IMG/VR virus record: IMGVR_UViG_3300048861_000250
Coordinates: 1-43,408 of that record
Length of the DNA stretch: 43,408 bases
Source: a virus
Lineage: Duplodnaviria; Caudoviricetes
Reading direction: 5' to 3' (one strand)
Positions within the stretch are counted from its first letter, which is position 1; each line of letters opens with the position of its first letter. This document shows, piece by piece, positions 9,201 through 17,751 of the stretch. A program made the position numbers and the translations under genes. The notes beneath the pieces were generated by a model that was not told the origin of the DNA, made no database searches, and saw only the letters and a list, made by a program, of their open reading frames with translations.

Positions 9201-10697
9201 CAACGTCGCCTCGAAGTCGCGCACCTGGTTGAATTCCAGTCCCAGCGCGACGCAGTGTTCATGCCAGTCCTGGAGCACCGGCAGGTTGATCTGCGCGTCG
9301 GTGCGGGGCCGCGAACAGGCCGGCCCCTGCAGGGCATAGCGGTACAGGCTGGCCGGTCTTGAGGTCTCGCGCACGATCCATGTGCCGGTGGCGCTATCCC
9401 AGTCCGGGCACCGGCTGTTGGCGATCCCGGTCAGGGTGTCGATCACCCCCTGCAGCTGGTCCTGCGCCTTGATCAGGATGTCGGTCGTGGCCAGCGGCTT
9501 GCGGAAGGTGTAGGGCGCGCCGATGCGCATGCTGCGCAGCACCGTCCATTCGGTGCGGTCGGTGCCGGTGGCCGCCTCTTCGTCGGTGCGCTGCAGGCGG
9601 ACGTCGTACTGCGCCTTCGGCACCACCCAGCGATAGCCGCGGCGGAACGGCTCCTGCCGCTTCTCGGTCGTCGCCAGGTCGGTGACCAAGGTCCAGGCGA
9701 CATCGCCGACCTTGCGCATCTCGATCCGGACGGTGGACGTGATCTCCTTCTTCTTGCTGCTGGTCTTGGAATAGTCGATCAGGCCGCGCGGGAAGCTGAG
9801 GTCGATCGAGATCTCTTCCGTGTCGGCCTCGGTCCGGCGGACCGACGGATCGGCCCCGCTGGCGAGATAGATCGACAGCGACTCTTCGAACACCTGGCTG
9901 GGATAGAGGGTGGTCGGCGGATCGTCCGGCAGGCCTTCGCGGGTCTCGACCTCGATGTCGTCGAAGTCGGCGATCAGCGTCTCGCCAATCCGCATGTCTT
10001 CGATGCGCAGCGGGCCATAGCCCCACAAGAACTTAACCCGCAGATACTGGTCGGACCCGCGCACCTCGGTGTAGGGCCGCGCCAGATAGATCGGCGCCAT
10101 ACGGTGCCGGCCCAGCACCGACGGGATGTAGGCCCAGGCGCCGCCGGTGTTTCGCGTGCCGCCGATCGAATAGGTCGGGCTGGGCGCGGATCCGCCGAGG
10201 GTCGGCGATCGGGGCGGGATCAGCGCGTTCAACAGCAGGGTGCCGCCGATGCCGATGATGCCGGTGGCGATGGCGGAGGTGGCCGCGAACGAAGCTGCCG
10301 TGCCCGCGGCCGTTGCCGCTGCGGCTGTCGTTCCCAAATAGGCGCCGGCGGCGAGCGGACCGAGATAGGCGGCGCTGACCACGATCGCCAACGTCAGGAC
10401 GATCTTCAGGAAGTCGCCATTCTGCGGCACCACCCGGACCATCACGACGGCGTCAGGCTTGGGCCGCACCCGATGCCAGTGTTCGCGCGGCACGATCATG
10501 TCGCCGATCGACACGCGGACGCTGGTCGCCATCGCCGGATAGACCCGCATGCCCAAGGCGACGTCGACCAGCTCGGCCACGGTGCGACCAGCTTCACCGA
10601 ATCGCTCGATCACCTCGCCGCCATACAATGCGGGCATGCCGATCAGGCGCACGCCGGCGGTCCGCGCAGGCGCTGGCGGCAGGTCGAGGTGGATCAT
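6276..10697 (-). CDS. Central tail fibre / host-specificity protein J (TipJ-like) with fused gpI-like N-terminus, Ig-like and C-terminal lectin-like domains
   Basis: WHRVRPKP + TM hairpin (gpI-like), IPSVLGRHR..PYTE, DLSFPRGL, FTARNSWGF, then Ig-like TTADAAGAWSV and GLELWESRTN module. Confidence 0.88.
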   Translation of the reverse strand: MIHLDLPPAPARTAGVRLIGMPALYGGEVIERFGEAGRTVAELVDVALGMRVYPAMATSVRVSIGDMIVPREHWHRVRPKPDAVVMVRVVPQNGDFLKIVLTLAIVVSAAYLGPLAAGAYLGTTAAAATAAGTAASFAATSAIATGIIGIGGTLLLNALIPPRSPTLGGSAPSPTYSIGGTRNTGGAWAYIPSVLGRHRMAPIYLARPYTEVRGSDQYLRVKFLWGYGPLRIEDMRIGETLIADFDDIEVETREGLPDDPPTTLYPSQVFEESLSIYLASGADPSVRRTEADTEEISIDLSFPRGLIDYSKTSSKKKEITSTVRIEMRKVGDVAWTLVTDLATTEKRQEPFRRGYRWVVPKAQYDVRLQRTDEEAATGTDRTEWTVLRSMRIGAPYTFRKPLATTDILIKAQDQLQGVIDTLTGIANSRCPDWDSATGTWIVRETSRPASLYRYALQGPACSRPRTDAQINLPVLQDWHEHCVALGLEFNQVRDFEATLPSTLGDIAAAGHASWAMPDGRWSVVIDRPQTEIRQHFTARNSWGFTTEWASGEVPHAYRCRFVDRDADWDVNAERIVYDEGYSEANATLYQEIQFPGVTDAGRVWKEAKKAFVTLRTQFLAHSTNVDWEYLTARRGNLTVGAHPVLGVGLVQGLVKSVSTTGTLTTVVLDDEVTMVAGRSYVLRCREGDTGASVLRPVVTIPGTTTAVRLGGIGPLPEPGDLFLFGEADKEVRRLIVKGIEPQEKLTARVTMIDEAPERHAVEALTPPPWVPRQPQRDQDVPAVPTIIAVSSGDAAQTIGEDGTILAPVTVGIAPGGGGRVAAAMFVVFHRPFGSTAPWLTASAAAAQGSVRILGYEPGETIELQVQAVSSAGKSSRRSTPPVTHTVAARTHRPPDPATFAVVRLANGLRQFSWTAADPDGSGMPADLAGVEIRYRTGTNPLWTFADLNPLFSGPRPNSPWETPEPGPGGTYTFGLVYKNWSGLVSAVPKLITATLGPGVTVPAPRVDTLPGPIGNTNPLIFGTAGSAEPLAAIKVFVDGTQMGTTTADAAGAWSVQLAGLAAGPRIIIATQTAAGANSGPSNPIVLVVQWNDPDASGHVDFKNSRGWLLGAAANPTAIFNTVVTSPQISTNADGSLRSILANDLPVCDRGLELWESRTNRCTNRNAAPIDLTGVTASGAGTAGGVTVVDDSATMVGASILAALKMSGLLTGFVYKLDNSTGVADATATISGPVSATGACNASVVYRGSAGRVEVGGVAVVSFGASTPYVRVNGQRTAAATSEQMRIVAPAGAVIWFILNQLENSTTYCSAPIVVNAALATRAAPVITRTLSTDFDGTQGFVGFRGSVASGVISNGVPLRFETPDATHSHALQATTSVGILGGTTNVTSQAAPLKTIGMTTTRTVVYGWAANDFALAVDGTAPVTDASGTVPSTSAPVLKLVPTGFSGIIEQIKWAPVKPANAAIQSKSGWATL

Positions 10698-10732
10698 GAT
10701 AGGATTGTCCTCGCAACGACCGAGAGGCCGCG

Positions 10733-11044
10733 ATGCGGTTGAGACTTTTAGCGGTGGTGGCGGTGGCCGCGCTGGCCGGCTGCTACCCGTACAGGTGGTC
10801 CACGTCGCTGGAACCGACGGGACCTGGGACCTTTCGCTTTCATGCCGGCGCCTCGACGATCGACCATCCGGCCGACGACCCGGCCGCCGAGGCAGAGCGC
10901 CTGGCCATTCTCAAAGACACGATGGCGCAGAACGGATTCTGTCCCCGTGGATACCAAGTCACCGGGCGCCAGCCGGTGCTTGCTGGCAAAGGGCTGATTG
11001 CAGACGCCTGGAGCGTGACCTACTTCATCACCTGCAACGCCTGA
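10733..11044 (+). CDS. Counter-oriented lipoprotein moron (possible superinfection exclusion)
   Basis: Signal peptide with lipobox LAGC, two further Cys, SD GAGAGG; opposite strand inside the tail operon. Confidence 0.75.
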   Translation: MRLRLLAVVAVAALAGCYPYRWSTSLEPTGPGTFRFHAGASTIDHPADDPAAEAERLAILKDTMAQNGFCPRGYQVTGRQPVLAGKGLIADAWSVTYFITCNA

Positions 11045-11448
11045 CCGTCGGTCCCCGGGTGGCGGAAGAAGCCGACCACCCGGCGCGACCACAGCGGGCC
11101 GTCGTATTCATCGCAGGTCGATTCGCCTCCGACCTGGATGTGCAGCATCAGGCCCGGCCGAACCACCAGGCCGATGTGATCGGCGATCTGGCCGTTGCGC
11201 ATCAGGATGAAGTCGAAGGCGCGCGCCTCGCCTGGCGCGACCGGGCGCACCAGGTTCAGCGGTCGGCCTTCGATCAGGGCCGCCGTCTCCGCCCGCTCCA
11301 GCGCCGAGGTGTAGGCCCCGGCATAGCTGGGCAGGGCGATGCCCCACAGCTCCGCCAGGGGAAGGCAGGCCAGCCCGTAGCAGTCCACCCCCTCGCGGTC
11401 CCGCCCCAGGTCTTTCCAAGGCAGGCCGAGATAGTCGTCGCTCCACAT
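11020..11448 (-). CDS. NlpC/P60 (C40) tail-tip protein
   Basis: YLGLPW..GRD..GVDCYGL (catalytic Cys), HIGLVV..MLH. Confidence 0.9.
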   Translation of the reverse strand: MWSDDYLGLPWKDLGRDREGVDCYGLACLPLAELWGIALPSYAGAYTSALERAETAALIEGRPLNLVRPVAPGEARAFDFILMRNGQIADHIGLVVRPGLMLHIQVGGESTCDEYDGPLWSRRVVGFFRHPGTDGQALQVMK

Positions 11449-11450
11449 GC

Positions 11451-11978
11451 TCAGGCCTCGAACAGGGTCGGGGCGACGCCGGGCGTGATGCGGTCCGCCG
11501 GATAGGGTTCCTTTTCGAGGTTCTGGGCCGACAGCTCGATCGTGATGAAGCCGTTCGTGATCGGCGCCCTGACCATTTCTAGCTCCGGAAAGAACGTTTC
11601 CACCAGGTCGGGCGCATCGGCCCGCACCACCTCGATCAGCACCGTCGACCCGATCGGCGAGGCCCGCACCATGTCGCTAGCCCGGACGATGGCGCCGCTG
11701 TCGTCGCGGCCGGCCACGTCGTCCAGCGACAGCCGCGCCCGTGGTGCCTCGCCCTCGACCTCGCCCGGTAGGATCGGGACGATCGGGATGAACTTGTAGT
11801 CCTTGCCCCGGCTGCGGATGCCGTAGAACAGGGGTTCCAGCGACAGCCGCAGCACCGGCGCGGTGCAGACCAGGATCGGCTGCGGCAGGTCGGGATGGCT
11901 GAAGGTGAACAGGCCGACCGCCACAACGCCGGATTGCTGCGCGTGGACCGCCGCCGTCATGGTCGGCGACAAGGTCAC
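11451..11978 (-). CDS. Minor tail / tail-tip protein (DUF1833-like)
   Basis: FSHPDLPQPI..SRGKDYKFIP..LP, C-terminal EPYPADRITP..PTLF. GTG start at 11978 overlaps the upstream TGA. Confidence 0.75.
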   Translation of the reverse strand: MTLSPTMTAAVHAQQSGVVAVGLFTFSHPDLPQPILVCTAPVLRLSLEPLFYGIRSRGKDYKFIPIVPILPGEVEGEAPRARLSLDDVAGRDDSGAIVRASDMVRASPIGSTVLIEVVRADAPDLVETFFPELEMVRAPITNGFITIELSAQNLEKEPYPADRITPGVAPTLFEA

Positions 11979-12403
11979 GGCAACACCTCGAGATGCAGAG
12001 CCGAGATCCACCCCAGCTTCGGCCAGGCCTGCCGGGCCCATTGCGGCGGCTGGGCCATGCGCACCAGCAGCTTGCTGGTGCCCAACAGGGGCACGTCGTT
12101 TTCGTCCAGCAGGACCGTCACTCCGTCATGGTCCAGCAGCGGATAGCCGTCGACCCCCGGTTCCGGAAACCAGAACAGGGTGGTGCGGCCCCGCGGGCGA
12201 TACCAAGCCTTCAGGAATTCCTTCTGCCAGTCGAGGAACCGCATCGGCACGGTCAGCAGGTAGGGGGCGGCGGTGGTCTCGCGCCGCACCTTGGCCGGAC
12301 CGATGTCCATCTGCGAGGCGATGTCGAGGTCCGGCATGTCCTCGCCATAGCCTTCGACCAGCGGCCGTTGCGGCAGCTCGATCGGCCAGACGTCGATCGT
12401 CAT
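11975..12403 (-). CDS. Distal tail protein-like
   Basis: WPIELPQRPL..MDIGPAKVRRETT..LEVLP; follows the tape measure with ATGA coupling at 12400-12403. Confidence 0.75.
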   Translation of the reverse strand: MTIDVWPIELPQRPLVEGYGEDMPDLDIASQMDIGPAKVRRETTAAPYLLTVPMRFLDWQKEFLKAWYRPRGRTTLFWFPEPGVDGYPLLDHDGVTVLLDENDVPLLGTSKLLVRMAQPPQWARQAWPKLGWISALHLEVLP

Positions 12404-15216
12404 CGCCGGGTCGGGCCCGACAGTGCCGACGCCACGCCGCGATTGGCGGACGACCCGGGCCGACCGGCCTCCTGTGCCCACATGTCGCCCAGCGCCACCT
12501 CGACCCGGCGGTTGCCCCGCCCGTCACGGGATTCCCTGGTCTGCACCTTGACCCCCGCATTGTTGATGATGTTGACTTGGACATTGCTTTCACCACCGCC
12601 GGCGGCGGTGACGCCGAGCTTGCCGTCCGACATCCGCGCCAACGGGATGATGCCTTCCGGTCCCGCCTCGCCCATCAGCCCGGCCCCGGTCGCCATCGGG
12701 AACAGAGTCGGGCGCTCGACCACACCGCCGCGCGCGAAGGGGATCACCCGGCCGCGATCGAAGGCGCCGCCCTTGGCCCAGCTGCCGCCGGCGATCAGCC
12801 CGCCCGGATCGGAGGCCGAGCCGCCGCTGCCGCCACCGATGAAGTTGATCCCCTTGGTGATCAGGTCGCCGAAGCCGCTGAGTGTCGGCAGCCCCTTTTC
12901 GCCGCCGAGCCCCAGCGCGTTCTTGAGCGGGTTGATCGCCGCCAGGCGGATGAAGTCCTGCATGATCTCGGAGATCACGCCCTGCGCCACCGTCCCGAAA
13001 TCCACCGCGGCGCCATTGCCTTGGGTGAATGCCTCGGTGATCGCGCTGCCGATCCGGTCGAAGGCCCGGGTCCCGATCGAATCCAACTCCTTGTACAGCG
13101 GGTCCTGGTCGCGCAGCTTCTGATCGACAGAGGCGAGGCCGCGGTCGATCGCGGCGATCTGTTCGGCCGTGGTCGCCAGCGGCCGAAGCGCCTCCATCTG
13201 GGCGCGGGCCACGGCAGCCGCCTCCTCCGGCGTCCGCTGATCCTTGACCAGGGCGTCGAGCCGGTCCTGCAGATCCTTGCCGCTGGCCGCCAGCGCCTCG
13301 ACCTTGGCCCGCTCTTCATCGGTCAGGGTGTTCTTGTCGCGCAGGTGATTGTTGAAGTCCTTCACCGCCGCGGCCTCGGCTTCGGTGATCGCCTTCTTCT
13401 TGGCCTGTTCCTCGGCCGATAGGCCGACCAGCGCCTTCTCCTGTGCCAGCTTGGTCAGGTACTCCTGCAGGGCGGAGGTCGCCTGTTTGGTCGCACTGGC
13501 GCCGGCCTTGTGCTCCGCCGCGTTGGCCCTGATCGAGTTGTTGTTCTGGTTGAAGGCCTCGGCGAGCTGGGCCACCAGCTCCCGCTTCTTTTCATCGGGC
13601 AGCAGCGACGCCGCCACGGCGTTGCCCAGCTCGACATACTTCAGCCGGTTTTCCTCGAGCTGCCGCGCCAGCGGCTTCATGGCGTCGAGCCGGCTTTTCT
13701 GGGCGAAATCGGCGATCTTCTTCGCCACCCCGTCGACATCCTCGCCGAGCTGCAGGAACGCCCCCTTGCCGCCGCCACCCTTGCCCAGTTCGCCGGCGCG
13801 CCGGTCGGCCTCGTTCAGCGCCTGCTGCGCGTCGGCCAAGGCGATGCCTGCGGCGATCTCGTCCGCCTCGGCCTGAGACTGCGCCTGGCCCGCATTCAGG
13901 TTCGCTTCGACGATCTGCCCGGGCATCACCTGGCCGGGAACCGTCTTCATCGCAGCGGCCTCACGCACCCGCCCCTGCGCCTCGGCACGACGGGCCGAGG
14001 CCGAGGCCAGCAGCGAGCGCGCCCGATCGCGGTTCGCCGCCGCCTCTTCTCGGGTCAGCCCGATGCTGGTCTGGGTCGCGGTGTTGATCTCATTGATCAG
14101 GCGCTTGTTCGTCTCCTGCACCAGGTTCAGCGCGTCGACGCTGCCCTTAGCATCGTGGCCGGCAAGGGCGACTCCGCCGAGGGCGCCGGCGACCAGGCCG
14201 ATGGCGGCGCCCCAGGGCCCGAAGGCCGAGCCCACGGCTAGTCCGACCAGAGCCCCCACGACGACGACCGCTTCTTCCCCATGATCGGCCAGGTACTGCA
14301 GCGCGTCGGCCGCGTCACGCACCAGGGGCGGCAGGATTTCCCCGACTTGCCGGGTGAACGCGACAATCTCAGGGCCGGCCCGGACCAGCGTCTCAGTGAC
14401 CTGCGCCTTAATCACCAGGCCGAGATCGTCGAGCTGCTGCTGGAGCGCGCCGGCCTGCGCGACGGTCTCATTCGAGATGATGGCGCCGAGCGCCCGGAAC
14501 TTCGCGGCGGCCTCGTCCAGCCCGGCCGAGGCCTGGCTCAGCACGGGCACCATCTTGCCGCCGACCTCTCGGCCGAAGATGGCCGAGGCCGCCGCGGACC
14601 GCTGGGCCGGGGATTCGATCGACGCGATGGCGTCCGCCACATCGCGGTAGACCTCGACCGGGGATCGCACCTGGCCGGTGACAGAGTCGCGGATGCTGAC
14701 CTTCAACTCGTCGAAGACCGCGATCGCTTCCTTGCCGCCATTGGCCGCGTCGCCGACCAGCTTGCGCATCTTGGCGAGGGCGCCGTCCACCTCCCCGGGT
14801 TCGACCAGGCCGTTATAGGAGGCGCGGATTTCCTGCAGCTGCTCGGCCGTCAGGCCGAGCTGGTCGGCCACGTCGCCGATGTCGTCGGCGAAGGACAGGG
14901 CTTCCTTGCCCTTGGCGTAGAGCGCCGTCAGCGCCGCCAGAGCCGCGCCGATTCCGACCGCCGCCGCGATGCCGCCCGGGCCGAGCGCCGACAGGGCGCG
15001 GCCGGCCGTGCCGGCCCGACCGCTGAATTCGTCCAGCTTGCCGGTCAGGTCGGCGGTCACGGCGTTGACCGCCAGCAGCCCGCGGCTGGCCGGCTGGGCC
15101 GACGTCTCGATCCGGCGCAGCGCGTCCTGCCCTTCCTTGCCCAAGGACTGCAGGCCGCGCTTGACCACGTCGGCATCCTTGAGGGACAGCCGGTAGGACA
15201 GGTTGCGTTCGACCAC
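12400..15216 (-). CDS. Tail tape measure protein
   Basis: 938 aa, Ala/Gly/Leu-rich and helical; C-terminal FARGGVVERPTLF..GLMGEAGPEGIIPL. Confidence 0.92.
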   Translation of the reverse strand: MVERNLSYRLSLKDADVVKRGLQSLGKEGQDALRRIETSAQPASRGLLAVNAVTADLTGKLDEFSGRAGTAGRALSALGPGGIAAAVGIGAALAALTALYAKGKEALSFADDIGDVADQLGLTAEQLQEIRASYNGLVEPGEVDGALAKMRKLVGDAANGGKEAIAVFDELKVSIRDSVTGQVRSPVEVYRDVADAIASIESPAQRSAAASAIFGREVGGKMVPVLSQASAGLDEAAAKFRALGAIISNETVAQAGALQQQLDDLGLVIKAQVTETLVRAGPEIVAFTRQVGEILPPLVRDAADALQYLADHGEEAVVVVGALVGLAVGSAFGPWGAAIGLVAGALGGVALAGHDAKGSVDALNLVQETNKRLINEINTATQTSIGLTREEAAANRDRARSLLASASARRAEAQGRVREAAAMKTVPGQVMPGQIVEANLNAGQAQSQAEADEIAAGIALADAQQALNEADRRAGELGKGGGGKGAFLQLGEDVDGVAKKIADFAQKSRLDAMKPLARQLEENRLKYVELGNAVAASLLPDEKKRELVAQLAEAFNQNNNSIRANAAEHKAGASATKQATSALQEYLTKLAQEKALVGLSAEEQAKKKAITEAEAAAVKDFNNHLRDKNTLTDEERAKVEALAASGKDLQDRLDALVKDQRTPEEAAAVARAQMEALRPLATTAEQIAAIDRGLASVDQKLRDQDPLYKELDSIGTRAFDRIGSAITEAFTQGNGAAVDFGTVAQGVISEIMQDFIRLAAINPLKNALGLGGEKGLPTLSGFGDLITKGINFIGGGSGGSASDPGGLIAGGSWAKGGAFDRGRVIPFARGGVVERPTLFPMATGAGLMGEAGPEGIIPLARMSDGKLGVTAAGGGESNVQVNIINNAGVKVQTRESRDGRGNRRVEVALGDMWAQEAGRPGSSANRGVASALSGPTRR

Positions 15217-15219
15217 GGG

Positions 15220-15594
15220 TCACTCCTTCCCGCCCTCGGCGGCGCGGCGATGGATGGCGTCGAGCATTCCCGGCTCGGCCATGGGCAGCAGCAGGGCCAT
15301 CGCGCGGCGGTCATAGCCGAGCGCCGCAGCGACCTGCAGGACCGCCGCCATGTCGAGGCCGGTCGGCAACCCGGCCATGCCGGCCCGGCGGAGCTGGCCT
15401 TGGCAGCCCTTCAGCATGTCCCAGGCCTGCCCGCCTTCGACCGTCGCCGGGGCGTGTTCGATGTAGGGGCAGCGCTGCGGCTGGCCGTCGACCTCTACGG
15501 CCTCGCCTCGACTGCAGGCGAGGCCGCTGGTGCGGCACCCCCGGCAATAGTCGGGACCGCCGCCGTAGTGCCATCCGGCGAGGTCCCGAAGCCT
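15220..15594 (-). CDS. Tail assembly chaperone, frameshifted (gpGT-like) C-terminal part
   Basis: The -1 frame is open from the slippery site to the stop at 15220: RLRDLAGWHYGGGPDYCRGC..CPYIEHAPATVEGGQAWDMLKGCQGQLR. Confidence 0.8.
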   Translation of the reverse strand, partial: RLRDLAGWHYGGGPDYCRGCRTSGLACSRGEAVEVDGQPQRCPYIEHAPATVEGGQAWDMLKGCQGQLRRAGMAGLPTGLDMAAVLQVAAALGYDRRAMALLLPMAEPGMLDAIHRRAAEGGKE

Positions 15595-16013
15595 TTTCCC
15601 TCGGTCACCGCGTCATCCATCGGCTTGACGTATTTCGCGACAAAGGCGTTGGCGATCTCCGGAAACCCTTCCATCACCTTCGCCACCGTCGCATTCGTCA
15701 CCGGCGCGGGCCCGGTGCCCGTCTCGTCCGCGACGCCGGTCCATTCGATGATGGCGCACTGGGCCAGCGCCACCGCGAACAACATCTGAGACAGACCGGC
15801 GATCGCGTCCGGATCGTCCAGCGCCGGCAGGCCGGAGACGGTGCCGCCGGCAGTCTCAATCTCTTCGGCGTGAATGCCCAGCTCGATCGCCTGGCGCCGA
15901 GCCTTAGCGAGCGCCTGTTCCCAGATCGCCGTGGTGATCGGATGCACCCGGGTCCTGACCTCATAGGGCAGGTCGAGCCAGTAGGGCGCGCGCGGCAGGT
16001 TCAGTCGGATCAT
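15495..16013 (-). CDS. Tail assembly chaperone (gpG-like)
   Basis: Between tube and tape measure; IIEWTGVAD motif; contains the G GGA AAA slippery site. Confidence 0.85.
   Translation of the reverse strand: MIRLNLPRAPYWLDLPYEVRTRVHPITTAIWEQALAKARRQAIELGIHAEEIETAGGTVSGLPALDDPDAIAGLSQMLFAVALAQCAIIEWTGVADETGTGPAPVTNATVAKVMEGFPEIANAFVAKYVKPMDDAVTEGKGFGTSPDGTTAAVPTIAGGAAPAASPAVEARP
15594..15600 (-). other. Programmed -1 ribosomal frameshift site GGGAAAA
   Basis: In-frame GAG GGA AAA (E-G-K) gives an X XXY YYZ heptamer like lambda G/GT; the -1 frame joins the 15220 ORF. Confidence 0.85.
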
Positions 16014-17311
16014 GGGACCACGTACCCCGCCACATCGTTGAACATCTCGACCGTCATCGCCCGGCCGATGGTCAGCGCCCGCGACCCCTTCGCGTCCCAG
16101 GTCACTTCGATACCGCCCGGACCGGGGATCTCGTAACGCGGCTTCGGCAGCTGCACCTGGTGCGCGGTGAACAGCACCTCGGCCCCGTTGGCCGGGGCCC
16201 GGAAGCCGAACTGCACCACTGATGCCAAGGCGGCATCGGCCCTGGCCTTCATGGTGGTGGCGGACAGCCGACCGGTGAAGCTGAAGCCGAGCTGCGTCGC
16301 GCCGGGATCGAGACCGCCGATCATCCCGTCATTGTCGATCACAGGCACCGCGTCGAAGTTGTTGCCGAAGGCGAGATTGCCGCCGGTCAAGTTGGCCGAC
16401 CCTTCGCCAGCGAAGCGGATGTAGCCCTGGAACTGGCTGAACAGATCGATCGGCAGCTGCACGGGCGTGCCGGCGACGCTGGCGGTGCTCTTGGACTCGC
16501 TCTGCCCGATCAGGCCCAGCGTGGCGCGGACCGACCCGGCCCGATCGCGGTCGATCTGCAGCGTGTTCAGCCCGACGCCGGCGCGCTGGTAGAAGCGTTC
16601 ATCGCCCGGGGCCAGGTCGCGATGCTCGGTCTCCAGCGACATCGACGGCAGGACTGGGGCGCCGCTGTACCAGACATGCCGGAAGAGGCCGCCGCCGATC
16701 AGCGTCGCGCCGGAGGGCTTGGCCTTGCTGTTGGCGTTGGCCGCCAGGGCGAAGCTGTTGCCGGCGGTGCTGGCGGTGTCGTGCTGGATACGCAGGCGGG
16801 TTCCCTCGGCCGTGTAGGTCGCCGCCGAGATCGCCGGCACCGCCGACGCATTCAGGTCTGTGGCGAGCTGCAACACGGTGGCCGCAGCGTCCGCGCCGAT
16901 CTGCGTCTGGTTGCCGGCCGGCGCACCCGCGACGAAGGTCCAGGGCGTGCCGGCGAGGGTGATCGCGCCGGTGGCGACGGGGTTGCCGGAGAAGTCGATA
17001 TAGCCACGCGACCCCACGGCGGCCGATGACTGCGTCGCGCCAAGGCCGAGCGTCAGCCAGTGGCCGAACATGCGCTGGTCGACCGGCACCACCGCATTGC
17101 CGGTGACGTCGATCGCGCCGAGCTGGAACGGGTCGGGGTCGCGGCCGGCGCCCAGCAGCGGTTCATCCAGCAACTCCTGCGCCGCGCCGAGCCCGTAGCT
17201 GTACGCCCGGAAGCCGTTCCAGTTGCCGCCCGGGGGCGTGCCATAGGACGATTCGAAGCCGCCATTGAAGAAGACGTTCGCGCCGGTGGCGCGCCGCGGT
17301 GCAAGGGCCAT
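16010..17311 (-). CDS. Major tail tube protein with inserted ~110-aa accessory domain
   Basis: Start MALAPRRATGAN with SD GGAGG; motifs FESSYGTPP, LLGAGRDP, VVPVDQRMFGHWL, LPSMSLE, LPKPRYEIPGPGGIEVTWD. Confidence 0.85.
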   Translation of the reverse strand: MALAPRRATGANVFFNGGFESSYGTPPGGNWNGFRAYSYGLGAAQELLDEPLLGAGRDPDPFQLGAIDVTGNAVVPVDQRMFGHWLTLGLGATQSSAAVGSRGYIDFSGNPVATGAITLAGTPWTFVAGAPAGNQTQIGADAAATVLQLATDLNASAVPAISAATYTAEGTRLRIQHDTASTAGNSFALAANANSKAKPSGATLIGGGLFRHVWYSGAPVLPSMSLETEHRDLAPGDERFYQRAGVGLNTLQIDRDRAGSVRATLGLIGQSESKSTASVAGTPVQLPIDLFSQFQGYIRFAGEGSANLTGGNLAFGNNFDAVPVIDNDGMIGGLDPGATQLGFSFTGRLSATTMKARADAALASVVQFGFRAPANGAEVLFTAHQVQLPKPRYEIPGPGGIEVTWDAKGSRALTIGRAMTVEMFNDVAGYVVP

Positions 17312-17325
17312 GGTGGCCTCCCTCT

Positions 17326-17751
17326 CTAAAGTCGGGTGTCGGACTGATAGTCGACGGCCAGATCTAATACGGCCGCTTTGACCCCGGCCGCGCCGGGGAA
17401 CGCTTCGGTGTCGATCTCTGGCCCGTCCCAGATCATGCCGTAGACCAGGTCGCCGAGAGTCAGGTCGGACTGCAGCGCGGCCTCGACATCCTCGGCCAGC
17501 AGGTTGAAGGCGACATCGCGCGCGGTGTCGTCGCCAACCTGCACCAGCAGCTCGACCGGCACCCGCTGGGTGACGTACCAAGGCCCCTTGGTCCCAAGCT
17601 GCGCCTCCGGAACCGCCTTGCCGTCGCGGATGATGATCAGCCGACCGACGATCCGGTCAGGCACGGGTATGTTGCGCTTCACGTCCGCATCCGGGATGGC
17701 CGTTTGCAGCAGCGATTCCAACGCATTCAGCATCGCTTCGCCGGTCGTCAT
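17326..17751 (-). CDS. Tail terminator-like protein
   Basis: MTTGEAMLNAL..LIIIRDG..DLTLGDLV; ATGA coupling at 17748-17751; position immediately before the tube gene. Confidence 0.7.
   Translation of the reverse strand: MTTGEAMLNALESLLQTAIPDADVKRNIPVPDRIVGRLIIIRDGKAVPEAQLGTKGPWYVTQRVPVELLVQVGDDTARDVAFNLLAEDVEAALQSDLTLGDLVYGMIWDGPEIDTEAFPGAAGVKAAVLDLAVDYQSDTRL

Noticed and set aside
3369-10697. Diversity-generating retroelement or invertible tail-fibre cassette
   Set aside because: No reverse transcriptase or invertase gene, and I saw no template/variable repeat or flanking inverted repeats.
15220-15417. Stand-alone 65-aa gene
   Set aside because: No SD; better explained as the end of the -1 frameshift product.
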